Source: a virus
Strand: one strand, 5' to 3'
DNA: 64,000 bases
IMG/VR virus record: IMGVR_UViG_3300008266_000015
In this document: positions 26,122 to 35,587 of the stretch, one piece after another
Numbering within the stretch: the first letter of the stretch is position 1
Layout of the letters: every line of letters begins with the position of its first letter
Notes under the pieces: generated by a model
What the model saw: only the letters and a program-made list of their open reading frames with translations
What the model was told of the DNA's origin: nothing
The model's database searches: none
Made by a program: the position numbers and the translations under genes

Positions 26122-27232
26122 ATGATGAACTGGACAGAATTAAGACCTAAATTAAGAGCTGAGTTTAAAGATAATTTTACTTTTTATAATGATACTTATA
26201 AAAGTGGAAATAAGAGAGTGAAAATATGTTGTAATGTATTAGATGCGAATGTAGTAAAAGCATTTATTTTAGAACAAGATTCTGAATTAGATGTAAAAAT
26301 CGAAACATTATACCCCCCGTTTATTAGTGTAGGAATTGATTATGTAATGATTAGATATAACAAGATATAAATTAGTTAAATGGGTAGGTCATTAGGCCTA
26401 CCCTATTATATTTAGTATATTTAATTAACTTAAAAAACGAAACATATGAAATCAAAGCAAATATTATTAAACATGTTAGCCGTTGTTATAACGTTTGAAT
26501 ACATTGGAGTAACCGCAGCATGTGTTATGTACCCGAGCTGGGGAGCATTGGTAATGAATATTGCTTGTGCTGTAGCATGTGTTGTAACTGTACATAATGC
26601 CCATTTCTATAAATACCAAACGCGTTAGGACTACACATTAGTATATTGTATATTCAATCAACCAATAAAACATAAACATATGAGTACTCAAATTACATTC
26701 CCTAAACCATTTCAGTGGTTCATTAAAATAGGAATATCAATAGCTGGTATAGTGGGTTTAATAAATGTGGAGATTGCCTCACATAAGAGTGGATGTGAGT
26801 TTTTCATAATGGTGGGTATTGAATTGGTTACCTTATGTTATGGCTTGTGGCTTACTAGATTTATCGATGAATAGGACTACATAGTATATGCTCGTATATT
26901 AAATTAACTTAAAAAACGTAAAATATATGAAAATCGAATTAAGAAAATTAAACGTACTCGAGTATTTACAATTTGAACGCGATGAACGTATTCCTGAGTT
27001 AATCGAATCGTATGATGGCGATGTAGAATATGTCATTAATGAGATATGGGGTCCATTAACTACAGTATTGGACGGGAAAACAGATAATGACTTAATGGAC
27101 ATTATTAATTCCATCATGGATAAAGATACGTATGAGGACGAGTTTAATGCGTTTAAATTACATATAGGATCCGACGATATAGAAGAGATAGACTGCTGGC
27201 TTGTATGGGAAATGATTTGTAACCCATTATAA
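26122..27232 (+). CDS. Hypothetical cassettes 26122-26370, 26446-26628 (membrane), 26680-26874 (membrane) and 26927-27232 (acidic)
   Basis: Each lies behind a promoter repeat. Confidence 0.7.
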
Positions 27233-27510
27233 GATTTACTTATATATGCGTACGTACGTATGCAATTATAAATACTGGCCCATGCGCGCCGTCGTCCATA
27301 TAGCGGGCGGGCGCGTCGGGACAGGATATGCCACCAATTCCCACATCTTATACAACTTTTACGCCTCGACTTGTATATACGTATATACATATATACCCAT
27401 AAACATATCTAAATTTTCAAACTAACCCTTTTTGCCAAACCTTAAAAGGAACGCACCCAACCAAAAAAACGATCTTTTCATTATCGACAAAGTATATACG
27501 TATATTTATA
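27233..27510. other. Palindrome-rich non-coding boundary element
   Basis: TACGTACGTA, a GC-rich GCGCGCC...GGCGCGT stem and a perfect 18-bp palindrome TGTATATACGTATATACA (27372-27389). Confidence 0.6.
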
Positions 27511-27526
27511 ATAAACCATTTATCTA

Positions 27527-28144
27527 ATGAATTTAACAGAGATCTACATTAACGTATTTTTTGAGAATTTTTTTAAAGAACTACAAGAAGAATACCCATT
27601 AAATGAGGAATCAAATCCAGCTCTTCAAGAATTGCTCACTAAAGCAAACGAGCTTGTTTTTAAAAAGTTTGGTATCAATCCAAGTAATAAAGTTTATTTT
27701 ATAGCAGGTTCGGCAGCCCTATATCTTTTCCCAGTTTTAAGAGACAAATTGGATTTACGTAGTACAGTAGGTGATTTAGATATTATTATTCCAGAAGCTA
27801 AATATTGGAAACAAGCAGGTCTCGAGGGACAAACCATCTATCGTCCTAAAGAAGACAAGCGTATTGAGGTGTTTACTGAGTGGGATCCTGCTAAAGCAGG
27901 GGGTGATTATGAAAATATAAAAGTAAGAAGTACCTCAGATATTCTAAAAGATTCATTTCAATCTCAAGGCTATTGGTTCATGAGTTTAATAGATATTTTT
28001 GATTATAAAATGAAGTTAGGTCGTCCTAAAGAAAAGGATATTCTTGATAAAATTAAAGCATATCAAGACGGAACTATTACCGATAAAATTAGTTTATTAA
28101 GACAATTACTTTCTTATTATAAAAAAGAAGATATTAAAAACTAG
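27527..28144 (+). CDS. Pol-beta-superfamily nucleotidyltransferase-like protein
   Basis: FIAGSAAL...GDLDII (GS + DxD), third acidic residue in IEVF, K..LGRPKEKDI. Confidence 0.65.
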   Translation: MNLTEIYINVFFENFFKELQEEYPLNEESNPALQELLTKANELVFKKFGINPSNKVYFIAGSAALYLFPVLRDKLDLRSTVGDLDIIIPEAKYWKQAGLEGQTIYRPKEDKRIEVFTEWDPAKAGGDYENIKVRSTSDILKDSFQSQGYWFMSLIDIFDYKMKLGRPKEKDILDKIKAYQDGTITDKISLLRQLLSYYKKEDIKN

Positions 28145-28369
28145 GATTTCAAAATTTCATTTTATATATTCCAGAAAAAAATATATGAAAAATTTTATAA
28201 AAATAATCCTTGTAATTATTATGTATTACCTTATTGGTAGTTTTATTGCTTGGGACCTTGACATAGCCAATTGGAGTTGGGTAGGTAGAGTATTCTATAT
28301 TATATTTAGTATTTGGGGGATATCTAAAGTAACAGAAGATTAATATATACATATATACGTAGGAAGGTT

Positions 28370-28876
28370 ATGAATGGTAGGACATTATGGGTTAAAGAGG
28401 AAATTCTTGAGAGAGTTTCCTCCATTGTTGGGTATTTTAATAATACTTATTCACCAAATGATCAAGTTTTATTTGCTCCTGTTTTACAAGGGGCAATTCC
28501 TTTTTTCTCAGATATTGCTAAAGGAGTTACATTTGATCCTTTTATTGAATATATTGGTATTAGTTCATATAAAGGTGAACAACAGAAAGAATTCAATCTA
28601 TATCGTATGATTGATACCAAATATATTTCGGGTAAAATAGTATGGTTATTTGATGATATTGCTGATTCAGGAAATACGTTAAATTATTTATCTAAGTTGT
28701 TATACCAACGGGGAGCACAAGATGTAAAGACATGTGTGTTAATTAAAAAACAGCATTGTAAATGTAATATTGATCAATTTGGATTTGAAATGGGTGATGG
28801 TTGGTTATGGGGTTATGGTATGGATTCACCAAATGGAAAAGGACGCTCATTAAATAATATATATTGTAAATTATGA
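28370..28876 (+). CDS. hpt: Hypoxanthine/purine phosphoribosyltransferase
   Basis: VLQGAIPF, ISSY, PRPP-binding DDIADSGNTL and GYGMD. Confidence 0.85.
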   Translation: MNGRTLWVKEEILERVSSIVGYFNNTYSPNDQVLFAPVLQGAIPFFSDIAKGVTFDPFIEYIGISSYKGEQQKEFNLYRMIDTKYISGKIVWLFDDIADSGNTLNYLSKLLYQRGAQDVKTCVLIKKQHCKCNIDQFGFEMGDGWLWGYGMDSPNGKGRSLNNIYCKL

Positions 28877-29361
28877 AAAAAATCCCTTCAATTAAATCTA
28901 TTTCGCTTGAGGAAGCAGAACAATATATTTCTCAAGATGAGGATGTGCAAAATTCTTCTATTTATTATTTTACATTAACCCCACAAGAACCACCTCCGGG
29001 TGTTGATGGGAGTTGGGATGTAACTTATTATACTAGAAGACCAAAAAAGACTGTTCCAACTGATGGAATGGGGGATGATATTATTTATGTTTTATCAAAT
29101 CCCTCAATTCCTGGTTTATTAAAAATAGGATACACACGTAAGGAAATTGGTATCCGAATTAAGGATCTTTCTAAAGCAACAGGAGTTCCAACACCATTTA
29201 AATTGGAGTACGTGTTCAGATGTTATAATGGACTACAGCTTGAGAGTGATATACACAAGCATTTAAAAGATTTTAGACCGAACAATTATCGCGAATTTTT
29301 TGATGTAACATTAAATCAAGCTATAGAAGCTGTCAAACATTTAGGAGAAAGTTATATTTAA
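28873..29361 (+). CDS. T5orf172-type GIY-YIG domain protein
   Basis: IYVLSNPSIPGLLKIGYT...ATGVPTPF...E..IH...REFF. Confidence 0.85.
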   Translation: MKKIPSIKSISLEEAEQYISQDEDVQNSSIYYFTLTPQEPPPGVDGSWDVTYYTRRPKKTVPTDGMGDDIIYVLSNPSIPGLLKIGYTRKEIGIRIKDLSKATGVPTPFKLEYVFRCYNGLQLESDIHKHLKDFRPNNYREFFDVTLNQAIEAVKHLGESYI

Positions 29362-29417
29362 CTTGGGATATTGAATATTTATTATTATATTAAAATTAAA
29401 ACAAATTAAAATTTATT

Positions 29418-29582
29418 ATGAAACAATTTATTATTCTAGCTGCACTAATTACACTTTTAACTGCATGTGGTGGAACCAAAACCGAAACTATTTCTGTAAC
29501 TGATTCTGTTACTATTGATACGGTTACTGTTGATACTACTATTATTGTTAAAGATTCAGTTAAAACTGATACTATAAAGTAA
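29418..29582 (+). CDS. 54-aa lipoprotein with five D-(S/T)-(V/T/I) sequons (not in track)
   Basis: MKQFIILAALITLLTACGG lipobox; DSV, DTV, DTT, DSV, DTI. Confidence 0.7.
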   Translation: MKQFIILAALITLLTACGGTKTETISVTDSVTIDTVTVDTTIIVKDSVKTDTIK

Positions 29583-29756
29583 TTAGTATACTAGTGTTTG
29601 ATTTGAATTGCTTCATATTTATGGGAAACCATATATGAGGCAATTTTTGTTTTAAAATAATTAAGTAAAATGTTTTTCAAAAATAAATTAACTTTAATTG
29701 ATAAATCTATTAATTTAGTAGGTTATTTATTTAAAACGCTTTTTGATATTTTTAAA

Positions 29757-30176
29757 ATGAATATAAATAACATATTTAACTTATTTAGCGATCAACCTCA
29801 AGATGATGAAAATGAATTATTAATAGATTTTTCAGAACATCCTTTTTATTGGATTGGAGGGTTTAATAAAATAATTTCTAATCATTCTTATTTTAAACAA
29901 TATGCTGTTAAAATGTTTAAGGATGCTTCTCCAAGTTTAGATGAGGATGAAGTTGAACGAGCTGGGAACCATATAATGTTTGAAAAAGCTTGGGAGTATA
30001 TAAAAGATATAAAATTAAATAACCAATTTCATATTGAGTGTTTAAGGAAAAAAGCATCTTTTGGGTTTTGTAAAAACTTAGAGTATGCAGTACAACATTT
30101 TGAACAATTTGAAGAATATGAAAAATGTGCCTTACTTAAAGGTATTGAAATTAAAGTTAAAGAATTTTTAAAGTAA
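29757..30176 (+). CDS. Hypothetical protein with a UVR-like C-terminus (start corrected)
   Basis: FEQFEEYEKCALLK. Confidence 0.6.
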   Translation: MNINNIFNLFSDQPQDDENELLIDFSEHPFYWIGGFNKIISNHSYFKQYAVKMFKDASPSLDEDEVERAGNHIMFEKAWEYIKDIKLNNQFHIECLRKKASFGFCKNLEYAVQHFEQFEEYEKCALLKGIEIKVKEFLK

Positions 30177-30256
30177 ACTTGATTGCTTATTCTTTTACCC
30201 GTATATTAAAATTACGGGTTTTAAAAAACAGAATAAGTAATTAAAGGAGATGGGGA

Positions 30257-30781
30257 TTAGTTATGAGTGGGATATTGGGAGAGTAGACGGGGGAAATATG
30301 TTTTATCTTTGATTGGAAAAACATATTTATTTTCTGTTACATAATTGTGGATCTTAATAGAATCTAAAGGATAAGTTTTAAGTAAAGCAGTTTGATATTT
30401 AGATATACTGAATATGGCTAGTATTTTGCAGCTCATTCTTTTAGTACTTCCTATTATAATAGGTTGTTGTGTTTTAGGATATAATGTTATTATGGTAGAA
30501 TCTGAGCAGTATGTTTCTAATGGTTCTCCTTTTTTAAATAAAATAGTATGAGACATTTTGTCTTTATAATATAATTTTATATTCTTTACAAATTCAAACC
30601 CACGTATATCTATATTTTCAACTATTGGTTGGATTATAAAAACAGAATCATTATCCAGTACTAATGGAAAAGGCTGAGGAAGATCATTTTTGGTTTTTTT
30701 TATACTATCATCTATAGTTGTTAGATTCATAAATAATCCAAAACATATTATTACCAGAAAAGTTGAGATGGAGAATTTCAT
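30257..30781 (-). CDS. Membrane-anchored/secreted hypothetical protein (only credible - strand gene)
   Basis: 174-aa ORF filling a gap on the + strand; hydrophobic leader; TATTTATA on the - strand upstream. Confidence 0.7.
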   Translation of the reverse strand: MKFSISTFLVIICFGLFMNLTTIDDSIKKTKNDLPQPFPLVLDNDSVFIIQPIVENIDIRGFEFVKNIKLYYKDKMSHTILFKKGEPLETYCSDSTIITLYPKTQQPIIIGSTKRMSCKILAIFSISKYQTALLKTYPLDSIKIHNYVTENKYVFPIKDKTYFPRLLSQYPTHN

Positions 30782-30882
30782 GTATTGATGTGTTTAAATA
30801 TAAATATAAGATCTTTTATTTTTAACTTGGAATCCAAAAAATTATTTTATATATTATTTCCTAAATAAAAATTTTATATATT

Positions 30883-31077
30883 ATGAGAAATAGAGAATCA
30901 GTATTACGCAAACTAGATAGTTTGGAGTCTAATACTAACAAATTAGTTATGGCCTTAAATCAAGGTAACCGTGAATTATGTTATGAAGTTATTGAAGAAT
31001 TCAGATCTCAAATTGAACAACTTAAAATGTATGTTGAATCTGAACCTATTTCAGGTAGTGAATTAAATCGAATCTAA
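30883..31077 (+). CDS. Hypothetical protein
   Basis: Behind a weak promoter repeat. Confidence 0.65.
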   Translation: MRNRESVLRKLDSLESNTNKLVMALNQGNRELCYEVIEEFRSQIEQLKMYVESEPISGSELNRI

Positions 31078-31093
31078 TTTAAAAATAAAAGTT

Positions 31094-31885
31094 ATGAAAT
31101 TAACAGCCGAACAAATCCAAGATAATTGGGATAAATTATTATCCAGAATTGATGCCTATATTACTGAGCCTCGTCGTTCAAATTTAAAAGCATTCTATGA
31201 AAAATACTCAGAACGTCTAATGTTGATGCCTGCTGCTCACAAGAAAGAATACCATAATGCATTCCCAGGAGGATATGTAGACCATGTTCTTCGTGTAATT
31301 GATTGTGCTCTTAAATTAAATAATATTTGGGTTGAAATGGGAGTAGATGATACTACATATACTATTGAAGAATTAGTATTTTCAGCATTAAACCATGATT
31401 TAGGTAAAATAGGAGATGAAGAAAATGAATCTTATATCCCACAAACTGATCAATGGCGTAGAGATAAATTAGGTGAAGATTATATGTTTAATACTAAAGT
31501 ACAATTTGCCTCAGTACCAGATCGTGGTTTATTTTTACTTCAATCTCATGGTATTCCTTATACATTTAATGAAATGATTGCAATCCAAACCCATGATGGA
31601 TTATATGATGAAGGTAACAAAAAATATTTAATGACATTCATGCCAGAACAAAGACCACGTACTTCATTACCATATATTGTACATCAAGCTGATTTAATGG
31701 CTGCAAGAATTGAATTTGAAAAAGAATGGTTACCAAAATTTAAAAGTAACTTGGCTCCAACAAAAAATAATTATACATTGACTGGCAAGCAGCCAGTTAA
31801 CAAAGCTTCTATTAAAACTAAAGCCTTAGGTAATATTCAAAGTGAAGGTTTAAAAAATGTAATGAATGATTTTTTTAAAGCTTAA
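31094..31885 (+). CDS. HD-domain phosphohydrolase
   Basis: HNAFPGGYVDHVLRV, HDLGK, THDG and HQAD. Confidence 0.85.
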   Translation: MKLTAEQIQDNWDKLLSRIDAYITEPRRSNLKAFYEKYSERLMLMPAAHKKEYHNAFPGGYVDHVLRVIDCALKLNNIWVEMGVDDTTYTIEELVFSALNHDLGKIGDEENESYIPQTDQWRRDKLGEDYMFNTKVQFASVPDRGLFLLQSHGIPYTFNEMIAIQTHDGLYDEGNKKYLMTFMPEQRPRTSLPYIVHQADLMAARIEFEKEWLPKFKSNLAPTKNNYTLTGKQPVNKASIKTKALGNIQSEGLKNVMNDFFKA

Positions 31886-31910
31886 GTTAATTTTTTAATT
31901 TTTTAACATT

Positions 31911-31941
31911 AAAGGTTGTGATTAAGTTCATAACCTTTTTT
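31911..31941 (+). terminator. Terminator hairpin
   Basis: AAAGGTTGTGA/TCATAACCTTT plus TTT. Confidence 0.6.
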
Positions 31942-31952
31942 AATTTAACAAC

Positions 31953-32222
31953 ATGGTAACAACAATTATTATTCTTTCTCTTATTATAGTAATATTAATT
32001 TTTACTACTTATAATTTACTTAAGAAAAACGAAAAATGTGAAGATGTAATTAAATCATATGAAAAATATATGATTAATTTATCTACTGCAATTGAACTCT
32101 CAGATGCAAAACTCAAAGAAATTGATTCTAAGGGTACATTTGAAGGAGATGATGAGGTAGGTTTTTTCTTTAAAACATTACAATTTATACAAGAACAATT
32201 AAATGATTTTAAAGTAAAATAA
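31953..32222 (+). CDS. Single-pass membrane protein
   Basis: N-terminal TM helix; FEGDDEVGFFF. Confidence 0.7.
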   Translation: MVTTIIILSLIIVILIFTTYNLLKKNEKCEDVIKSYEKYMINLSTAIELSDAKLKEIDSKGTFEGDDEVGFFFKTLQFIQEQLNDFKVK

Positions 32223-32225
32223 TAT

Positions 32226-33101
32226 ATGTCTAAAAATTACTTTACTCAGGAAACTGAAGACGCAATCGTAGCTTATAATTTAAGTGAAGATTTTAATGAA
32301 AAAAGTCGAATATATAATGATAGAATACATTATGCCTTTTTTAAACTTACTCAAAATATAATTCATACATTTAAGTTTTATTATACTGAGGTTGAAAATA
32401 TTGAAGATTTACAACATGAAATAATGATATTTTTATTATCCAAAATTCATTTATATCACCATAGTAGAAGTATCCAGGATAGATTAGAAAAAATTATTAT
32501 AAAAGAATTTAAAGAAAAATATACTTTGAATTTTACTAATTATACAAATGATTCACCTACTGTAACTCAATCTCAAATTGATCAGTTTATTTCAAAATTA
32601 AATGTATCTGAGAAATGTATGGATAAGCTAAAAAAACTTACCCCTCCTAAAGCATATTCATATTTTGGAACTATTACTAAACGATGGTTAATTTTATATA
32701 ACGATAATAATTATAAAAAACGCGTAAATTCAGTCCCAGTATCCACAATAGAGGAAGATAATGGGCATTCTTATGTGATAGAAGAAAATAATTCACCAAG
32801 TGATAAATTGTCTCATAATGACAAAATATCTTTATTTACAGATTTATATGTTGAGTATTGTACCAATAATATTTATACTCTATTTCCTAAGGAAGCGGAT
32901 GCCAAAATAGCAGATGCTATATTAGAATTATTTAGAAAAAGAGATAATTTAGAAATTTTTAATAAAAAAGCATTATACATTTATATACGAGAAATGATAG
33001 ATGCTAAAACACCTAAAATTACTAAAATAGCCGATCGATTGTATATTATATTTAAAAAGGGCTATATCTTTTATTTAGAAAACGGATATATAAAATTTTA
33101 A
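32226..33101 (+). CDS. Putative phage late-transcription sigma factor (T4 gp55-like)
   Basis: NYFT start, EDLQHEIMIFLL and KAYSYFGTI resemble sigma region 2 (gp55 NPFAYFTQI-type); immediately precedes the late structural module. Confidence 0.6.
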   Translation: MSKNYFTQETEDAIVAYNLSEDFNEKSRIYNDRIHYAFFKLTQNIIHTFKFYYTEVENIEDLQHEIMIFLLSKIHLYHHSRSIQDRLEKIIIKEFKEKYTLNFTNYTNDSPTVTQSQIDQFISKLNVSEKCMDKLKKLTPPKAYSYFGTITKRWLILYNDNNYKKRVNSVPVSTIEEDNGHSYVIEENNSPSDKLSHNDKISLFTDLYVEYCTNNIYTLFPKEADAKIADAILELFRKRDNLEIFNKKALYIYIREMIDAKTPKITKIADRLYIIFKKGYIFYLENGYIKF

Positions 33102-33140
33102 CACATCTCGTATTTATAATAAATAAATATTGATAAAAAT

Positions 33141-33488
33141 ATGGATAATTTAGATTCCAATATCTTTGGTGATAAAAAACTTAAAGATTTATTTCAAGAA
33201 ATATATACCAACCAAAAGAAAAAAGAAAGACAAATTTCTGCTTTGATTGAAGAATTAAAACCAATGGTTGAAAGTATTGGGGATGCTACTTTAATTGTTC
33301 CATTACTTAAAGAATATCTTGAAATAGGTGTTAAAAATGATGAACAATTAATTAAAATGGCCACAGTCATTCAGCGCTGTTTAAATGCTAATAGTACAGG
33401 AGGTGGTGATGGATTTGGTATATCTGAGGCTGAGAAAACACAACTTTTAAATGACATTAATAAATTGAATGATAATTCTAAAGAATAA
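33141..33488 (+). CDS. Helical hypothetical protein, first gene of the structural operon
   Basis: Behind TATTTATA at 33111. Confidence 0.7.
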   Translation: MDNLDSNIFGDKKLKDLFQEIYTNQKKKERQISALIEELKPMVESIGDATLIVPLLKEYLEIGVKNDEQLIKMATVIQRCLNANSTGGGDGFGISEAEKTQLLNDINKLNDNSKE

Positions 33489-34768
33489 TGAATTACGGAT
33501 TTAGCGGTTTAAATCAAAATTTAAACTCAAATAGAAACAATAATTTTACTACAAATACAGCTTTAGGTCTATCAAATCTAATTATTTCTGCTAGAGTACT
33601 TAGTATTGTATTAGATGAATCTCATCCCCGATTTAATGAATTAGGGGGGTGGAATGGATTAGGTACTATTGAATATGAATCTGTTAATACTCCTTTCCCA
33701 AGACCCCTTGCTGAAAATTTTGTTTTTCCTACAGCTACTACTCTTAATCCAAATATTAAAAACTATCCATTAATAAATGAAATAGTATATTTAATATCTC
33801 TTCCAAATACTGAAATAGGTGAAACAACAGTATCTACAAATTCATACTACATAAATATTACTAGTTTGTGGAATCATCCACATCATAATGCCTATCCAGC
33901 AACTCCTAATAATCTACCATCTTCCCAACAGAAAGATTATATTCAAACTCAAGCAGGAAGTATTAGACGAGTAACAGATCAATCTACAGAAATATTTTTA
34001 GGTAAAACATTTAAAGAACGCTCAAATATTCACCCACTTTTACCATTTGAAGGAGATGTAATCCATGAAGGTAGATGGGGAAATTCAATTCGTTTAGGAA
34101 GTACAGTTAATAATACTCCAAATGCTTGGTCAAGTACTGGAGAAAATGGAGATCCTATTGTTATAATTAGAAATGGACAAGGTCTCCAAACCCCAGAAGG
34201 TTGGATTCCTATTACTGAAAACCTATCTACAGATAATTCTTCTATTTATTTAACTAGCACACAAAATATCCCTATACTTGCCTCAAGTGTTAGTTACATA
34301 AGTTATCCTGATGGTCAACAACCTACTTCTCCTAAAAATTATGCTGGTAAACAAATAATTTTAGATTCTGGTAGATTAGTATTTAATGCTTATGAAGATC
34401 ATTTACTACTAAGTTCAGCTAAATCTATAAATTTAAATTCCAAAGAATCTGTTAATATAGATACTAAAAAATTCATTACTGATGCTGATAAAATATTTTT
34501 AGGAAAAGAAGATTTAGCAAAAGAACCATTATTATTAGGTGATACAACTGTTAATTTATTAAGAGATTTAACCTCAGTTATTAAAGAGATAGCCCAATCT
34601 TTACAGAATTTAACATCTTTACCTGTTGCTCCATATACCCCTGCTCAATTTCCTGAATTGCTTTTACCTATGACTAATGCTATTACATATCTAGAATCTT
34701 TAGAAAAACAATTAGGAACAACTCCTGAGAATTGTACTTTAACCTCAAAACGTAATTTTACATTATAA
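33488..34768 (+). CDS. Baseplate hub/spike (gp5/VgrG-like) protein
   Basis: N-terminal YPLINEIV OB-like region, EGDVIHEGRWGNSIRLGS and beta-repeat-like C-terminus; lies upstream of gp25/gp6. Confidence 0.6.
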   Translation: MNYGFSGLNQNLNSNRNNNFTTNTALGLSNLIISARVLSIVLDESHPRFNELGGWNGLGTIEYESVNTPFPRPLAENFVFPTATTLNPNIKNYPLINEIVYLISLPNTEIGETTVSTNSYYINITSLWNHPHHNAYPATPNNLPSSQQKDYIQTQAGSIRRVTDQSTEIFLGKTFKERSNIHPLLPFEGDVIHEGRWGNSIRLGSTVNNTPNAWSSTGENGDPIVIIRNGQGLQTPEGWIPITENLSTDNSSIYLTSTQNIPILASSVSYISYPDGQQPTSPKNYAGKQIILDSGRLVFNAYEDHLLLSSAKSINLNSKESVNIDTKKFITDADKIFLGKEDLAKEPLLLGDTTVNLLRDLTSVIKEIAQSLQNLTSLPVAPYTPAQFPELLLPMTNAITYLESLEKQLGTTPENCTLTSKRNFTL

Positions 34769-35586
34769 TGGCTGTCATAAACTATAAAGAAGAAGATAAC
34801 CCATCAGAAAAAAATAGATTTGGAACAGTATCAGGTGTAGATTTAAAATCACCACCAATTCTAAATGAAAATCCATTAGATATAGAATATGTAAATGGAC
34901 TTAATCCTGGAGAAGTTTATTTAAAATGGTTAGTATTTGAAATATTTCTTAGAAATAAAAATATTACAACTGATATAAATTCTTTAGAAGGAAGAAGTAG
35001 AATAAGTTTAGAATTAATTAATGAATTTAATGAAAATGTTAAAAATAAAAATCCATATTTAGTTAATTTACCTCCTTTAAATAGAGCAGATATAGAGGCA
35101 ATTCAAAAATTTACTAAAAAAACAGATCCAAATATTCAAGTTGATGGTTGGGTAGGAACACAAACTGTTCAATTAAAATATCCACGACAAACAGTTTTAG
35201 ATATAACATATAAACTTTGGAATAAACAAAACAAACCCGATGAATACGGTATAAATAAATATCCTTCTAATACATTAGTTCCTATAATATGGGGAAATAA
35301 AAGATATGTAGTACCTGTATCTGATTATCTAAATGGTGTAAGAGCCAATAAAATATCTTTTCCATTTTGGAGATTATATAATCCTTCCACTGATAAAAGT
35401 AGGCTTCCATATAATACTATAAATAATATGTTAAGAACAACGTTTGGTCCTGAAAAAATATGGGAACAAATGGATGATAATTTAATTATAGAAGATAAAT
35501 TAAATATAAATCAAACTACTTTAAAAGAACAACAAAATAAGCTTCAATTGTCTGAACAAACTAAATTAGTTAATTCTTTAAGATAA
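34768..35586 (+). CDS. Baseplate-region protein with a peptidoglycan-binding-like motif
   Basis: IEAIQKF...IQVDGWVGTQT. Confidence 0.45.
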   Translation: MAVINYKEEDNPSEKNRFGTVSGVDLKSPPILNENPLDIEYVNGLNPGEVYLKWLVFEIFLRNKNITTDINSLEGRSRISLELINEFNENVKNKNPYLVNLPPLNRADIEAIQKFTKKTDPNIQVDGWVGTQTVQLKYPRQTVLDITYKLWNKQNKPDEYGINKYPSNTLVPIIWGNKRYVVPVSDYLNGVRANKISFPFWRLYNPSTDKSRLPYNTINNMLRTTFGPEKIWEQMDDNLIIEDKLNINQTTLKEQQNKLQLSEQTKLVNSLR

Positions 35587-35587
35587 A

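Larger units (their letters stand above)
2490..26903 (+). promoter_or_regulatory. Dispersed 32-bp repeat / early promoter TAGGAYTAC-N14-TATATTTAA, about 38 copies
   Basis: Starts at 2490, 3366, 7057, 7601, 8472, 9305, 10176, 11315, 12479, 14479, 14779, 16345, 16620, 17232, 17706, 18063, 18501, 19133, 19843, 20532, 21037, 21405, 22096, 22375, 22743, 23027, 23598, 23871, 24474, 24629, 24882, 25205, 25505, 25593, 26046, 26393, 26626, 26872. Weaker copies near 28142, 29363, 30827, 49756, 51517, 62798. Near-constant spacer; usually followed by an A-rich leader and ATG. Confidence 0.85.

Noticed and set aside
7057-26903. Repeat array as CRISPR or a true integron
   Set aside because: Spacers are whole genes, the repeat has a bipartite promoter layout without attC-like symmetry, and no cas or integrase gene is in the window.
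24656-27390. Minus-strand ORFs 24656-24838 and 26899-27390
   Set aside because: Antisense to a promoter-driven RNA or gene; they arise from locally high GC.
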